This document shows positions 32,432 through 50,649 of a stretch of 64,000 nt of DNA, piece by piece. This stretch comes from the human T2T-CHM13v2.0 reference genome, Homo sapiens: NCBI RefSeq assembly GCF_009914755.1, contig NC_060941.1, one strand, 5' to 3'. A program made the translations under genes and the position numbers. The notes under the pieces are model-generated. The model worked only from the letters and a program-made list of their open reading frames with translations. It was not told the DNA's origin and ran no database searches. Position 1 is the stretch's first letter. Each line of letters starts with the position of its first letter.

Positions 32432-33059
32432 CTCATCCCAGGTCTGTCAAGGTTCCAACTTAGAGCAAAGCCTCTACTGCCCTCTGTTCACACAGCTGGA
32501 CCAACTCAGAGCATTTCTGCTGTTTTCCCCTCTGAGCTTCCCCAACTCAAATGGCCAATTATGCACACAGTAGAAGGAGGTCAGGAGCATCTCTAGGGAG
32601 AATTCCTAACAGGTATCAGTCCCCAGAGACAAATGCAGAAAGTTGCTGATGCTCTTTAGCCTTCCCTTGCTTAGGAAGAACATCCCCCACAACAAGACCC
32701 CAAGGTCACCCCAAACTCCATCAGTTTTGATTCTCGTCTGCAAGTATGATGACACATACTCCTTGAGAACAGCCAGGACCAAGCCTTCCAGGCAAGCAGG
32801 CCTCCCGTCCTCAGCCTCCACCAACAGCAGGTGAAACAAGATTAAAAGGGACAACAAGGCAGACATGAGGGAGACAGTAATTCAATTCAGTAGGCATTGA
32901 AGTTATAACTGAGCTTCTGAGGAGGGGTGGGGGTGGGGACAGAGAGTAAGTAGTCTTCTCATTTTGCCCTGACAAATGTGCAGCATCATCTCCTATCACT
33001 GTCTCCTGGCAGGAAATGAAGGTACTTGAGGAAAGGGTGAGCATAGGTTAGGGGGACTA

Positions 33060-33614
<555 letters not shown>

Positions 33615-33689
33615 TCAGGAAACTTGGGGGATACAGAGTGAAGGTGAGGGTGGATTTGCAGTGCTGATGGAAGATATCAGCACGCTTAC

Positions 33690-33981
33690 TCTCCAACATG
33701 CTGGTCTCCTTTCTGTTCTCTGATATGCCCAGCTTCCTCTCATCTTTCATGTGTCAGATCAAATGTCATCTGCTCAGAGGAAGCCTTTGCTGACCTCTCA
33801 ATTTGAAGGAATGCACTTGACTCTTAGGACATCTTCCTGTCATCTACTACAGTCAGTAATCAACTTATTGATTGGGTGGTACTCCTTTGCTGTACATCTT
33901 TAGACTAGGGACCGTGGAGTCTACTTGAACCACTGGAATGAAAGTGTAGTGAGGGGAGCACCATGCCTGGCACATATTCTT
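33690..33981 (+). mobile_element. L2 3' portion (tail resumes at ~42570-42630)
   Basis: tcaaatgtcatctgctcagagg...tgcctggcacata; aaatacttgttgagtgaat after the L1. Confidence 0.6.
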
Positions 33982-34463
33982 TCTTAAAAGATATTTTTTA
34001 GAGCAGTTTTAGTTTCACAGCAAAACTAAGAGTAAGGCACAAAGATGTTCCACATATCTTCTACCCCCACACATGCATAGCTTCCCCCATTACCAACATC
34101 CCCCACTGTAGTGGTACATTCATTAAAATTGATACACCTACATTTACAGACCATTATCACCCAGAGTCCATAATTTACATGAGGGTTCACTTTTGGTGTT
34201 GTACATTCTGTGGGTTTTGACAAAAGTATAATGGTGTGTATTCATTATTATAGTATCTGAGTATTCTTACTGCCCTAAGAATCCTCTGTGCCGCACCTGT
34301 TCACCCCCCGTTTTCCCCCGGCAACCACTGATCTTTTTACTATTTACATGGTTTTTTGTTTTCTGGAATGTCATATAGTTGGAATCATATCAGTATGCAG
34401 TCTTTTCAGATTGTCTTCTTTTACTTGGTAATATACATTTAAGCTTCTTCCATGTCTTTTCAT

Positions 34464-34813
<350 letters not shown>

Positions 34814-35534
34814 TAACTAAGAATAAGGCTGCTGTAAACATCATGTGCAGGGTTTCTTTGTGTGGAAATAAGTTTTCAACTCCTTTGAATAAATAACAAG
34901 GAGTGCAATTTTTGGATCATATGGTAAGACTATGTTTAGTTCTGTAGAAAACCACCAAACTCTCTCCCAAAGTGGTCATACCATTTTGCATTCCCACCAG
35001 CAATGAATGAGAGCTTCTGTGCTCCACATCTTCACCAGCATTTGGTGCTGTCACTGTTCCAGATTTCAGCCAATTTTACATTATCATTGTCTTGATTTGC
35101 ATTTTCTTGATGACATATGATCTAGACCATCTTTTTATGTGGTTATTTGCCAGCTATATATCTCCTTTGGTGATGTGTCTGTTAAGGTCTTTAGCCCATT
35201 TTAAAAATCAGGTTGTTTTCTTGTTGTTGAGTTTTAAGAGGTCTTTGTATACTTTAGTTAATAGTTCTTAATAAAAAATAAAATGTGTCTTTGGCATATA
35301 TTTCCTCCCAGGCTGTACTCATCTTCTCATTGTCTTGAAACTGTCTTTGACAGAGCAGAGTTTTTCATTTCCATGGAGCCCAGCTTGTCAATTATTTCTT
35401 TCATGAATATGCCTTTGTATATAAAAAGTCATTGCCATACCCAAGGTCATCTAGGTTTTCTCCTACATTATCTTCCAAGAGTTTTATAGTTTGGACTTTA
35501 CATTTAGGTTATAAATCCATTTTGGGTTTTTTTT

Positions 35535-35825
35535 AATTAGTAAAGAATAGAAATTTATTTGTTATGGTTCTGGAGGCTGGAAAGTCCAAGGTGCCAGCAG
35601 ATTTGGCAATTCTGACTCGAAGATGACACTTTGCATGCTGCATGCTTCAGAGGGGAGAAACACTGTTCCTCACATGGCAGAAGAGTAGAAGGGCAAAGAG
35701 AGGGTAAGAGAGGGCAAGAGGGGGCCAAAATCTACCAATCTCATCCATGAGGGTGGAGCCCTCATGGCCTAGTTACCTCTCCAAGATCCCACCTCCTAAT
35801 ATTGTTACAATGGCAATTAATTTTT
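35535..35825 (-). mobile_element. MST (MaLR) LTR, truncated just after its poly(A) signal
   Basis: aaatttattt...ttctggaggctggaaagtccaag...cctcacatggcagaag...catgagggtggagccctcatggcct. Confidence 0.85.
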
Positions 35826-35946
35826 TATATATATCATATATTTATATAATTTAGCACATAGGAATGGAAGCATTTGGTGTTATGGAAAAAACAGATGGAC
35901 AAATGGATAACCTCTTTCTCTCTCTCCTCTGTTTTTCTTCCCCCAT

Positions 35947-36695
35947 TTTCTCCTTTTTTTGTATTTTACTTTAAGTTTCAGGATACATGTGCAGATTGTG
36001 CAGGTTTGTTACATAGGTATACAGGTGCCATGGTGGTTTGCTGCAACTATCAACCCATCATCTAGGTTTTAAGCCCCACATACATTAGGTATTTGTCCTA
36101 ATGCTCTCCATCCCCTTGCCCGTCATCCCCCAACAGGCCCCAGTGTGTGTTGTTCCCCTCCCTTTGTCCATATGTTCTCATTGTTCAACCCCCACTTATG
36201 AGTGAGAACATGCAGTGTTTGGTTTTCTGTTCCTGTGTTAGTTTGTTGAGAATGATGGCTTCCAGCTTCATCCATGTCCCTGCAAAGGACATTATCTCAT
36301 TCTTTCTTTTTATGGCTGCATAGTATTCCATGATGTATATGGCCACACTGTCTTCCACAATGGTTGAATTAATTTACACTCCCACCAAGAGTGTAGAAGC
36401 ATTCCTATTTCTCCACAGCCTTGGCAGTATCTGTTGTTTCCTGACTTCTTAATAATTGCCATTCTGACTGGCATGAGATAGTATCTCATTGTGATTTTTA
36501 TTTGCATTACTCTAATGATCAGTGATGATGAGCTTTTTTTTTCATGTTTGTTGGCCACATAAATGTCTTCTTTTGAGAAGTGTCTGTTCATATCCTTTGC
36601 CCACTTTTTGATGGTTTTTTTTTTTTTTCTTGTAAATTTGTTTAAGTTCCTTGTAGATTCTGGATAGTAGACTTTTGTCAGATGGATAGATTGCA
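35947..36695 (-). mobile_element. L1PA8-like 3' fragment with ~200-bp internal deletion
   Basis: ctaggttttaagcccc...attaggtatttgtcctaatgctctc 3' UTR; ORF 36310-36780 contains ORF2p C-terminal peptide ([16 protein letters not shown]). Confidence 0.88.
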
Positions 36696-39637
36696 GAGTG
36701 TAAGGTTTGGATTGATTTTTGTGTGTGTGGATTTCCAGTTGTTCCAGCACCATTTGTTGAGAGAACTGTCTTTGCTTCATTGTATTACCTTTGCTTCTTT
36801 GCCAAAGATCAGTTAACTATATTTACATGGGTATATTTCTAGGATCTCTATTTTGTGCCACTGAATTATTTGTCTGTTTTTTCACTAATACCACACAGGC
36901 TTAATTTGTCTGTCCTTTCATTAATACCACACTGGCTTAATTACTGTAACTTTATAGTTAAAGTCTTGAAGTTGGGTACTGTCAGCCCTCCAACTTTGTT
37001 CTACTTCAGTACTGTGTTGGCAATTCTTGGTCATTTGCTTCTCCATATTGACTTTGGAACCAGTTTGTTAATATCCACAATATCCACAAAATAACTTGGT
37101 GGGATTTTGATTAGGATTGCATTGAATCTATAGATCAAGTTGGGAAGAACTGGTATTTTGACATTATTGAATCTATCCATGAACATGGAATATTCCTCCA
37201 TTTATTTATTTCTGTGATTTTTTTAAGCAGAGTTTCGTATCACTCAGATAAATCTTACACACATTTTGTTAGATTTATACCTAAGTATTTCATGTTTTTA
37301 ACTTAAATTTTACTTGTTCATTGACATTTGTATATTAACCTCATATCCTGCAGCCTTGTTATAATCACATATTAGTACCAGTTTTTTGTTGTTGAATCTT
37401 CTCAATTTTCTATGTAGATGATTGTGTCATCTGCAAACAAAGACAATTTTATTTTTTCCTTCTCAATCTGTATACTTTGTTTCCTTCTCTTGTCTTATTC
37501 CATTAATTGTATTTCCAGTCTAATATTAAAAAGGAGTGTTGAGAGGGGGCATGGCTGCCTTGTGTCTGATCTTACTGGGAAATTTTAAGTTTCTTATCAT
37601 TGAATGTGAAGTTAGCTATAGGTTTTTTGAAATATTATTTGTCAAGTTAAGGAAGTTCCCTTCTATTCCTAGTTTAGTGAGAATTTTTTATCATGAATGT
37701 GTTTTTGATTTTGTCAAATGCTTTTTCTGCATCTATTGATATGACCATGTGATTTTTCTTTTTTAGCCTGTTAATGTGATGGATTAGTTAATTGGTTTTT
37801 TAAAGTTGAGCCAGCTTTGCATACCTGGGGTATATCCCACTTGGTCATGGTGTATAATCCTTTTTATACATTTTGGGTTTTGATTTGCTTAGGTTTCTTT
37901 TTTTGAGGATTTTTGCATCTATCTTCATAAGAGATATTGGTCTTTAATTTTCTTATTTTGTAATGTCTTTGGTTTATGTGTTTTAGGGTAGTAGGGTAAT
38001 ACTGGCCTCACAGAATGAGTTAGGAAGTATTCTTTATTCATCTCTGAGACAGATTGTAGGGAATTTCTATAATCTCTTCCTTAAATGTTTGGTAGAGTTC
38101 ATGAGTAAACCTATTTGGGTCTGGTGACTTCAGTTCTGGAAGGCTATTAATTATTGGTTCAATTTCTTTAATATATACAGGCCCATACAGATTGTGTATT
38201 TCCTCTTGTGTGAGTTTTGGCAGATTGTATCTTTTTAAGAATTGGTCCATTTCATCTAGGTTATATAATTTGTGGGCATAGAGTTTTTCATAGTACTTCT
38301 TTATTATTCTGTTAACATTCGTGGGATCTGTAGTGATGTCCCCTCTTTACTTTCTAGTATTAGTGATTTGTGCTGTCCCTTTTTTTTCTTAGTTAGCTCA
38401 GCTAGAGGCTTATCAATTTCATGTATCTTTTCAAAGAACCAGTTTTCATCTTAGTTTATTATTTTCTATTTATTTCCTATTTTTAATTTCAATTATTTCT
38501 GCTCTATTTTTTATTGCTTCTTTACTTCTGTTCATTTTGGAGTTAATTTGCTCTTCTTTACATAGTCCCTTAAGGTGGAAACCTAGATTACTGATTTTAG
38601 ATATTTTGAATATATGCATTCAATGCTATGCACTTCCCTCTAAGTACTGCTTTTGCTGAATCCCACAAATTTTGATAAGTTGTGTTTTTATTTTCACATA
38701 GTTCAAAATATCTTTGATTTCTCTTGAGATTTGTTTGACTCGTGTTATTTAGAAATGTGTTGTTTAATGTCTATGTATTTGAGGAATTTTTTGTCATCTT
38801 TCTGTTATTGATTTCAAGTTTAATTCCATTATGTTCTGAGAACAGATGTTATGTTAAATTCATTAAGGCATATTTCCTGGCCCAGAATGTGGTCTATCTT
38901 TGTGAGTGCTCCATGTGAACTTGAGAGAAATGTGTATTTTGCTAGTGTTAGATGAAGTAATCTGTAGATGCAATTACATTCATTTAATTGATGGTGTCAT
39001 TGAGTTTAACTAGGTCCTTAATAATTTTCTGCCTGTTGGATCTGTCCACTTCTGATACAGAAGTACTAATGTCTCCAACTGTAACAGTGGATTTATCTAT
39101 TTCTTCTTGTAGTTCTGTTAGTTTTTGCCTCACAAAGTTTGGCCTTCTCTTGTTAGGCACATAAACATTAAAAACTGTTACGTCTTCTTTGAGAAGTGGT
39201 CCTTTTATTTTTATGTAATACCTGTTCTTTATTCCAGATAACATTCCTTGCTCTGAAGTCTGCTCTGCATAAAATTAATATAGCTACTCTCATGTTCTTT
39301 TCATTCGTATTAACATGGCTTATCTGTCTCCATCCCTCTACTTGCAATCTATATGTGTCTTTATATTTAAAGTGGGTTTCTTATAGTCAGCATAATTAGG
39401 TTTGTCTTTTGATTCACTCTGAAAATCTCTGTCTGTTGATTGGTGCATTTAGACCATTGATGTACAAAGCAATTACTGATATAGTTGGATTAGTATCTAC
39501 CATATTTATTACAGTTTTCTGTGTTGTTCTTGTTCTTTATGTTTTTGTTTCCATTTTCTTTCTGTCTTTTGTGGTTTTAATTGAACATTTTACATGATTC
39601 TATTTTCTCTAATTTCTTAACCTATCAGTTAAACTAA

Positions 39638-41270
<1,633 letters not shown>

Positions 41271-41389
41271 GTTAAACTACTTTTTTAAAAACCTTTTTTT
41301 TAATGGTTGCCCTAGAGTTTGCAATATACACCTACAGCCAATCCAGGTCCACTTTTAAATAATACTATACCACTTCAAAAATAGTTTGA

Positions 41390-41460
41390 TGCAGTGAGCC
41401 GAAATAGCGCCATTGCACTCCAGCCTGGGTGACAGAGTGAGACTCCTTCTTAAAAAAAAT
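41390..41460 (+). mobile_element. Severely 5'-truncated Alu (~70 bp)
   Basis: tgcagtgagccg...gacagagtgagactcc + A tail; TSD aatagtttga/aataatttga. Confidence 0.85.
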
Positions 41461-41480
41461 AATAATTTGAGTACCTTATA

Positions 41481-41875
41481 ATACTATGAAGCCATAAAAA
41501 AGAATGAGTTCATGTCCTTTGTTAGGACATGGATGAAGCTGGAAGTCATCATTCTCAGCAAACTAACACAGGAACAGAAAACCAAACACCACATGTTCTC
41601 ACTCATAAGTGGGAGTTGAACAATGAGAACACATAGACACAGGGAGGGGAATATCACACACCAGGGCCTGTCAGGAGGTGGGGGCCAAGAGGAGGGAGAG
41701 CATTAGGACAAATACCTAATGCCTGCAGGGCTTAAAACCTAGATGACGGGTTGATAGGTGCAGCAAACCACCATGGCACATGTATACTTATGTAACAAAC
41801 CTGCATGTTCTGCACATGTACCCCAGAACTTAAAGTAAAAGAAAAAAGAAAAACAAGAAGAAAAAATAATAATAA
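41481..41875 (+). mobile_element. L1PA8-like 3' end
   Basis: gagagcattaggacaaatacctaat...gggcttaaaacctagatgacgggttgatagg + A-rich tail. Confidence 0.9.
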
Positions 41876-43182
41876 AATAATTTTAATTCCTCCCTTTCAT
41901 CCCTTGTAACATTGGCATCATTCATTTCACTTATGGCTAAGCATATACAAGCATATATATATAATATATATACATACACATATATAATTTAATACATTGT
42001 TGCTATTATTTTAAACAAACTATTACCTTTTAGCTGAAGTAAAAATATGAGAAATAAGAGTTTTTATTTTATCTTCACTTATTTTTTCTTCATTATTCTT
42101 CCTTTCTTTATGTAGATCTGAGTTTCTAACCTATATCATTTTCTTTATCTCTAAAGAATTTCCTTTAACATTTCTTACAAGGCAGGTCTACTGGCAACGA
42201 ATTCCCTCAATTTTTGTTTGTCCAAGAAAGTCTTTATTTCTCCTTCACTTCTGAAGGATAATTTCACAGGATACAGGATTCTAGGTTGGTGGTTTTATTC
42301 TTTTAATACCTTAGGTATTTCACTTCACGCTCTTCTTGCTTGCATGGTTTCTGAGAAGTCAGATGTGATTCTTACCTTTGTTCCTCTACAGGTAAGAGTC
42401 CCACAGTCCTAGCTTCTTTCAAAATTTTTTCTTTATCTTTGACATTCTATTGTTTGATAATGATGTGCCTAGGTGTATTTTTTGCATTTATTCTACTTTG
42501 TATTATTTGTGCTTTCTGGATCTGTAGTTTGATACCTGTTATTAATTTGGGGAACCTATCATATATTCTTAAATACTTGTTGAGTGAATCAATAAATACT
42601 CATTGAGTGAATGAGTGAATGAATGAATAAAATGGAAATCTGAAGAATGAGTAGGTATTATCCAGTTAATATGCCACCACACCGGACAGCTGCCAGGAGA
42701 AGGAAGGTATGGCCAGGCTCACCCCAAAATCACAGGTTCCCCCCTTTCTGGTAGGTTCTCCCCTGACTCTATGGAGTACTGTTTTCAGTGATGGGGTTTT
42801 CCATCACTATGCTCCCCACATGGGTTCCAAGAAGAGACTAGACTCCCCCACATTGATACCTACAAGACAGAAAAAGCTAAGCCTTGTCAGGAAAGAAATG
42901 ACACAGCAATTATGGTCCCATGCTGTGCTTGTCCACCTGCTCCTGAGCTCTGTGATGATTAAGCTAGTTGTGTGTAAACTTACACCAACTTATGATCTGA
43001 ATAGGGGACACCATCCAGGATAGAAGATAGAAGGTCCCCGAGGAGAACCTAATGGTACTACTTCTGGGGCTATTTTAAATTGTGACAGGTGTCTTATTTA
43101 AAAAATCAGTTGAAGGCAGGGGGAAGTGAGTATATTAAAAAAATAGAGTATATAAAAACATGAACATGGCATTCAAGAACTA

Positions 43183-43591
<409 letters not shown>

Positions 43592-43682
43592 TTAGAAACA
43601 TAAGTAAATATTAGATGGCATTTATTTGAAGTAGAAGAGACTATATGCTTATTAAAATATAATATGAAAAATGAAATAATAA

Positions 43683-43994
<312 letters not shown>

Positions 43995-45223
43995 CCTGAA
44001 GATATATTTAAGAGCATGGTAGGTTAAGGAAGGAATGAAAGGAAGCAAATAACAGCATGAGAAATGGCATTGGGAGTGGCAAAGAGCAAAATTGATGCCA
44101 TAAAAAAATGCCATAAAAAATGCCATAAAAAAATACCAACAAGGAAGTGAAGGACAGCTGGAGATGCTCTCCAGATGCAGAAGCGAAAGGACTAAAAGAT
44201 GGGAATGGACAGAGAAAAGACTTTGAAGTGTGAGCTCAGTGAGTAAGAACTAACATAGATAATGGGAGTTCTTGAATAGGAGACCAGAAAAATGGAATTG
44301 AATCAATATAAAGTATAAAATAGGATCCAGTAGAAGAAAACTTAGATGAATTTAGAGATACTTGAATAGGTAGATAGAATAAGCTCCCCAGGCACAATTA
44401 ATTAAAAGAAACCAACACAAAGAAATATATTGGTGATGTTTGTTTTAATTTCAGAATAAATCAAGAATTTGACAATGTCCTGGCAAGAAATTTAAAAAGA
44501 AAATAAAGTTATCTACAAAGGAACATAAGTTACATTTGCCATGTTCTCCGTAACATAAGTTTATGTAAATTCCAGAAGACGGCAGCTACACAGTGGAGGG
44601 GAAGGTTCTGATCTAAGAATACACCGGCCAACCAAGGTATCATTTACTTTTCAAGGCAATACAGAGACTTTCTCAGATACATAAAAATCTAAAAATGTAT
44701 CCTGCGGCTTTTCTGCCAAGGAAAAAAAATTACACTAACATGTTTATCTGACGACCCCACGATGAATGAAAAAGCTTACAAGACTATCGCATTGCTAGTG
44801 AACATGGAAACTACTTAAACTACGGGTCTAAATAATTATTGTCAATGTAGTTATGAAATGGAATGCAAATATCATGGTCCTTGGAAGCAAAAGAAAGCAC
44901 AATGTAAACAAAGATAATTAGAATTGATCAATATTGGGGCCAAAACTTTGACAGCAGGTAAATCTGGGAGGAAGAGAGGAGAAGAAGTAAGATGCAATAA
45001 GTTTTTCCTCCTGTATGTAAATAAGTCATTAGGTACTGCTTCATTAATGACTGTCATCATCATAAAAACTATATAGGTTTTATAATATTTTGAAAATCAA
45101 AAGTAACTACTTATAGAGTTAAATATAACACTATAGAGGAAAAAACAAAACAAAACATGGTCTCATACAACTAATGGTATGAAATAAAGCAAACAGCAAA
45201 AAAAACATAAAAAGCAGAAAACC

Positions 45224-45575
<352 letters not shown>

Positions 45576-45903
45576 TCAGGTAATAGACAAAGATAAGTGG
45601 GTCTAACTCCTACATTAAAACACAGACTTTCACAGTGGTTCAAGAAATAAAGTATAGCTTTATGTTATCTACAAGATATACACTTACAACATAATTACTC
45701 CAAAAATGTAAAAGTTTAGAGCTGAGCAACAAGAACAAAAAAACACCAGGTGACACAAATATAATATAAAGCAGTGTTGCACAGAATTCAAGTGATAAAC
45801 CACTTAGAGTACACATTTTTTATTTATGAAGTTTATAATCCATGATGAAAATCTAACAGTCCTAACTATTTACACACATACTAGTGTTACATCAGAATAC
45901 TTC

Positions 45904-46211
<308 letters not shown>

Positions 46212-46597
46212 CTATTCAATAATTATTTCCATCATTAACATGCAGAGAAGTAAAAACATATTTACAAAAATTAACCATATATTAGGCTGTAAAGAAAACA
46301 ACATGAATTAACGGGACAAAAATGAATGAAATCCAATGAATTATCCCTTCATCTCAGAATGTAAAAGGATACAATTAAATAAATTCTGAAAAAGTAGGAG
46401 AGCATAATTGATCATCATGAAAGCCAAAATTAATTAAATAAAAGCAGAATTGATTAGTTCATTCAAAAATTGTGGCTTAAATAAATACAAATAAAATATG
46501 CAAAGCATGCATCCACATTAATGAGAACAAACTAGAGAGAAAGATCTGCACACACAAAATAAGACCAAAATAAAGTAAGAAACCACAGTGGATATAA

Positions 46598-46919
<322 letters not shown>

Positions 46920-49115
46920 TAATATCCACAAAAGAGAAAATTTCTAGGAAACTATCATCAAAATTGTATATTATCAAAATCAACATTATAAAAACTTTAA
47001 AAGCCCAAATTGGTGAAAAATCCTGGAAGAAATTGAAAAAATTGTCAGTGAATTGCCCTCTGAAAAGAGTCTGAGTAGAGGTAAATTCTCAGGCAGTATT
47101 TGGAGCCTCATGCTACAAAACATCACCAAAGTGAATCCATAATAACGTGGCTTTTCCAATTGATAAAAGAGCGTGTTATTTTACCCTCACAGTCTCAGCC
47201 CATCAGGTAGCTTAAAACTGGCATGCATTTGGTTTCTTCAAGTTTGCTCTTTTCAAATATCCCCCTAATTTTTAAAAAGGACCAACCTTTTTCCTTGATG
47301 TTCTTCTAAAAGTACAATCATTGGAAAACAATTATCTCCTACTCTCTTCATTTTTAAAACAGATGAGGTGTTTTTATTATTGGGATAGATGGGAAAGAAG
47401 GGAAAGAGACTCTAGAGAAGGAGGCCAGAGAAGGAGTTAGGACTGAGAGATGCTGCGGCAGAGGAGGGGAAGAGGCCAGAACCACCATAGATGGGGCATT
47501 TAATACTCATTTAATAACACTCTGGGGAATGGGGGGCGGTTCTCTCTGCCAAGAAGCCAAGAGCAATTTCATGAGGGCTAACACTGGGCAAAGCTGGGAT
47601 TGCATGCTCATGTAACGGGGATGCCTAGCTTCCAGGTGATTAGTGGGCAATGCTGTCTCACATTAACTACCTACAGTTGCTGCCTTTGCCATACCCAAAG
47701 CCCAGAATCCCAGGAAATGCTGGACATCCCAGGAAACACTCTGCAGAAGTTGCTAAACATTGCCCCAGAGCTCTGGCCAACGTAGACGGCCACGCGCACC
47801 GAGTGAGCCTCTTTCTCTGCAAAACGAGTTTTCACACAATTGTTACAATCACGACCTACGAGAACATGAGGATTGGAGTTGGCCCCATTCCTAAGGGAAG
47901 ACCCAGCAAACAGGAAGAGAGAGAAAAGGGGGAGAAAAATGGAGAGGAGAGATGCTTTGCCAGCACTTTTTTTTTTTTTTAAATCACTCCTTCTAAATGA
48001 CTCTGGATTTGTGTTTTTCATTCAGGCTGGATGTGCTGAGGCATTTTTATTTTGCTCCATTTCCCTCCCACCCCACCTTCCAAGCAAATTCCATCCCAGC
48101 GCTGTTGATTTCTGTCTTGCGACCATTATGGAAATCTGGCTTCATTTCTCCTCCTAATTTATGATCTTGTTAACATGCCCGCATGCCAGATGGTCCTGTT
48201 CTTCAGGTTGGGAGATAATGAGATAAACAAAAACTGCTGTAAGAAGCAAACAGGGGGAGTTTTTTCCTTGAATGGGCCGCTCTTCATTTCTACAAATGTG
48301 CTTTGGAGGCCTCTGCCGCAGCTCACTGTGATTCTAAGCAGGTGAACAGCCCTCAATTGTGCTGAAGTGGCTGCCAAGAGGTGAGTGATTTCTTCCACGT
48401 GGCGCTGTGTGCTCTGGAATTCTGTCCCTGAAAGAGTTGGGGCCTTGGGGTTACTCCCCTTCCCAGCCTGCCCTGGAGCTTGTCATTCAAAAGCACCATT
48501 TGCCCACCACTGTCACAACACTTAACACATTGTACTGTAATGGTTTGTTTTTCTTTTTGCACTGTGAGCCCTCCGGGGCCAGGGACCCGGGTCTCTTTGC
48601 TCTGAATGACAATGCTAGCACAAGGCTTGGCACATAGTTGGCAGATAGTCAACAAATAGTTATGAAACACAGCCACCGTAAATATGCAAAGTACTATGCT
48701 AAGGAGAAGAGCAAGGAGTTGAATAAGTGAAATATAGGCCACAGAATGACGCAACCAGCAGAATTGACAAATGGGCGGTCAGAGACTTCAGCCCTGCGTT
48801 GGGCTGTGCATGTTATCCTTAAGTGCCTTTCCTCACCAGTGGAGACACCACCCAAGGTGAGACCATAAATAGACATGCTGAGGAAGAGTTTTCCGTCATC
48901 CTTCATCTTTCCTGCACCCCAGCATCTGGGCACTAGGAATAATCTCAAGGAGCCATTTCATCCACTCCCTTTGTTGTCACCAGCTGTCCTCAGACTTTCC
49001 CAAGAGACTAGCTATCCAACACCCACTACAGAAGGAGCGCGAAAGAAATAGGCAGACTGTCACTACTAAGTTTACACTGGTAAACCAGCTCACTCAGCAC
49101 AGTTGGTGTCTAGCC

Positions 49116-49327
49116 CGGGGGTCTGCCAGCGAGGCCTGGGGGCCAAATCCGGTGCCACCTGCTTTCATAAATAACATTTTGTTAGAACACAACCACGTCA
49201 TTCATGTATGTGTTGTCCATGGTCACTTTCAAGCTATCATGGCAAAGTTGAATCGTTGCAGCAGAGAACTTACAATCTAAGATATTTACTCCCCGGCCCT
49301 TTACAGAAAAACATTTACTAGCCCCTG
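49116..49327 (+). mobile_element. MER58A-like hAT-Charlie MITE
   Basis: cggggg...gggccaaatccgg...ggccctttacagaaaaa...gcccctg. Confidence 0.85.
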
Positions 49328-50649
49328 ATCTAGAGGAAACACAGGCACCCCTGTTCACACACGTGCATGGGCTTGCTTCAGCACAGGAGACCATCACCAT
49401 GTCCACCGTCGAGGGGCATCAAGAGCCATGGCACCTGACAGCCCCAAAGAGACTGAATAAGTATCCTAGGTGTTGCAAGATTCTCTCCTCCTGCATCAGG
49501 CATCCAGGGGAATGGGCCACTGAATGCGCCACCTAAAGCCTGAAAGTTAGGGTGGAAAGTATATCTCAATTGTTATTTTTCATTACTTGCAAAATAGACT
49601 TTCACACTAGCTTGTCATAACTGGCCATAAACTGTTCCCAGAGAATGTTGTGGGGTTTGGTTGGGCGGAAAGTGGGGACAAGAGTCAGACCTGCTGCAGT
49701 ATTATCCTATCTAGCCATGTACCCAGGAAACATCCTGAAAGCATGAAAAACAGCCCCCTGCAGTAATCCTCCCCTGAGATTAGGCTCAAGCCGGAGGAAT
49801 GTACTGATAGAGTTCCAAATAATAGGATTAGCCTCAGCTAAAGTGTACTAATGCCCCTGACTCTTTAGAAGACTGGAAACATTTCAATTTAGCAATTTGC
49901 TACTGCCAGGACCCTTTTGTAAATATCCTCTCCAGTCTGTCAATCTCTTTTGAGTTCCAGCTTGGAATGAAATTAGCTTGCATTGCCCCCTCCCGAGAAC
50001 CTGGAGTCTAAGTCTTAGGGATGTGACCCTTCTTGAAGGCAAGTCACTGGTGACAATTCACCTTCAGGCCAGCTTCCGTGAGGGCCGTAAAGTGCCTCTC
50101 AGTGAAGATTATTAGGAGCCTGGCCAAATGTTTGCCCAAGTTGCCTTGAAAGGCAAAAACCCATTTAAATCCCATTCAGACTAAAGGTCAAAAGTCTGAT
50201 ATCCTGGGTTTTTATTGTGTCGGATGGGGTTCAGGAGCAGTGGGATGAAGAACCAAGAGTGTTATAACACCCAAGGAGCATTACGTTTCCAACGGAGCCA
50301 AACTTCCCTGACTTGATAGTTTTGTCCAAGGCCAGCCCTGTGAGCCCTCAGCTGTCGGGACAAATAGATAACTAAAAGCCACACTGAATAGCTGAATAGT
50401 GTCTGCGAATTGGCCCTGAGAAATCTCGGTGTGCACTATTTATAGGCAGGAATTATTGGTCATAGAGTGGTCAGAATCATCACACTCACTGGTATGGAGG
50501 GTCCTTTAACACCATATTGTTCAACATCTTTGTATTATAGATGAGCAAAAGCTGAAACCCAAAGAGGTGAGATGGCTACCCACAGTAAAGATTAGAATTA
50601 CTAGTTTCTTGGCCAGGCTTTTTGCTGTTTCACTATTCTGCCTACTTAT

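Noticed and set aside
44095-44135. (atgccataaaaaa)x3 short tandem
   Set aside because: Ordinary slippage in A-rich L1-derived DNA.
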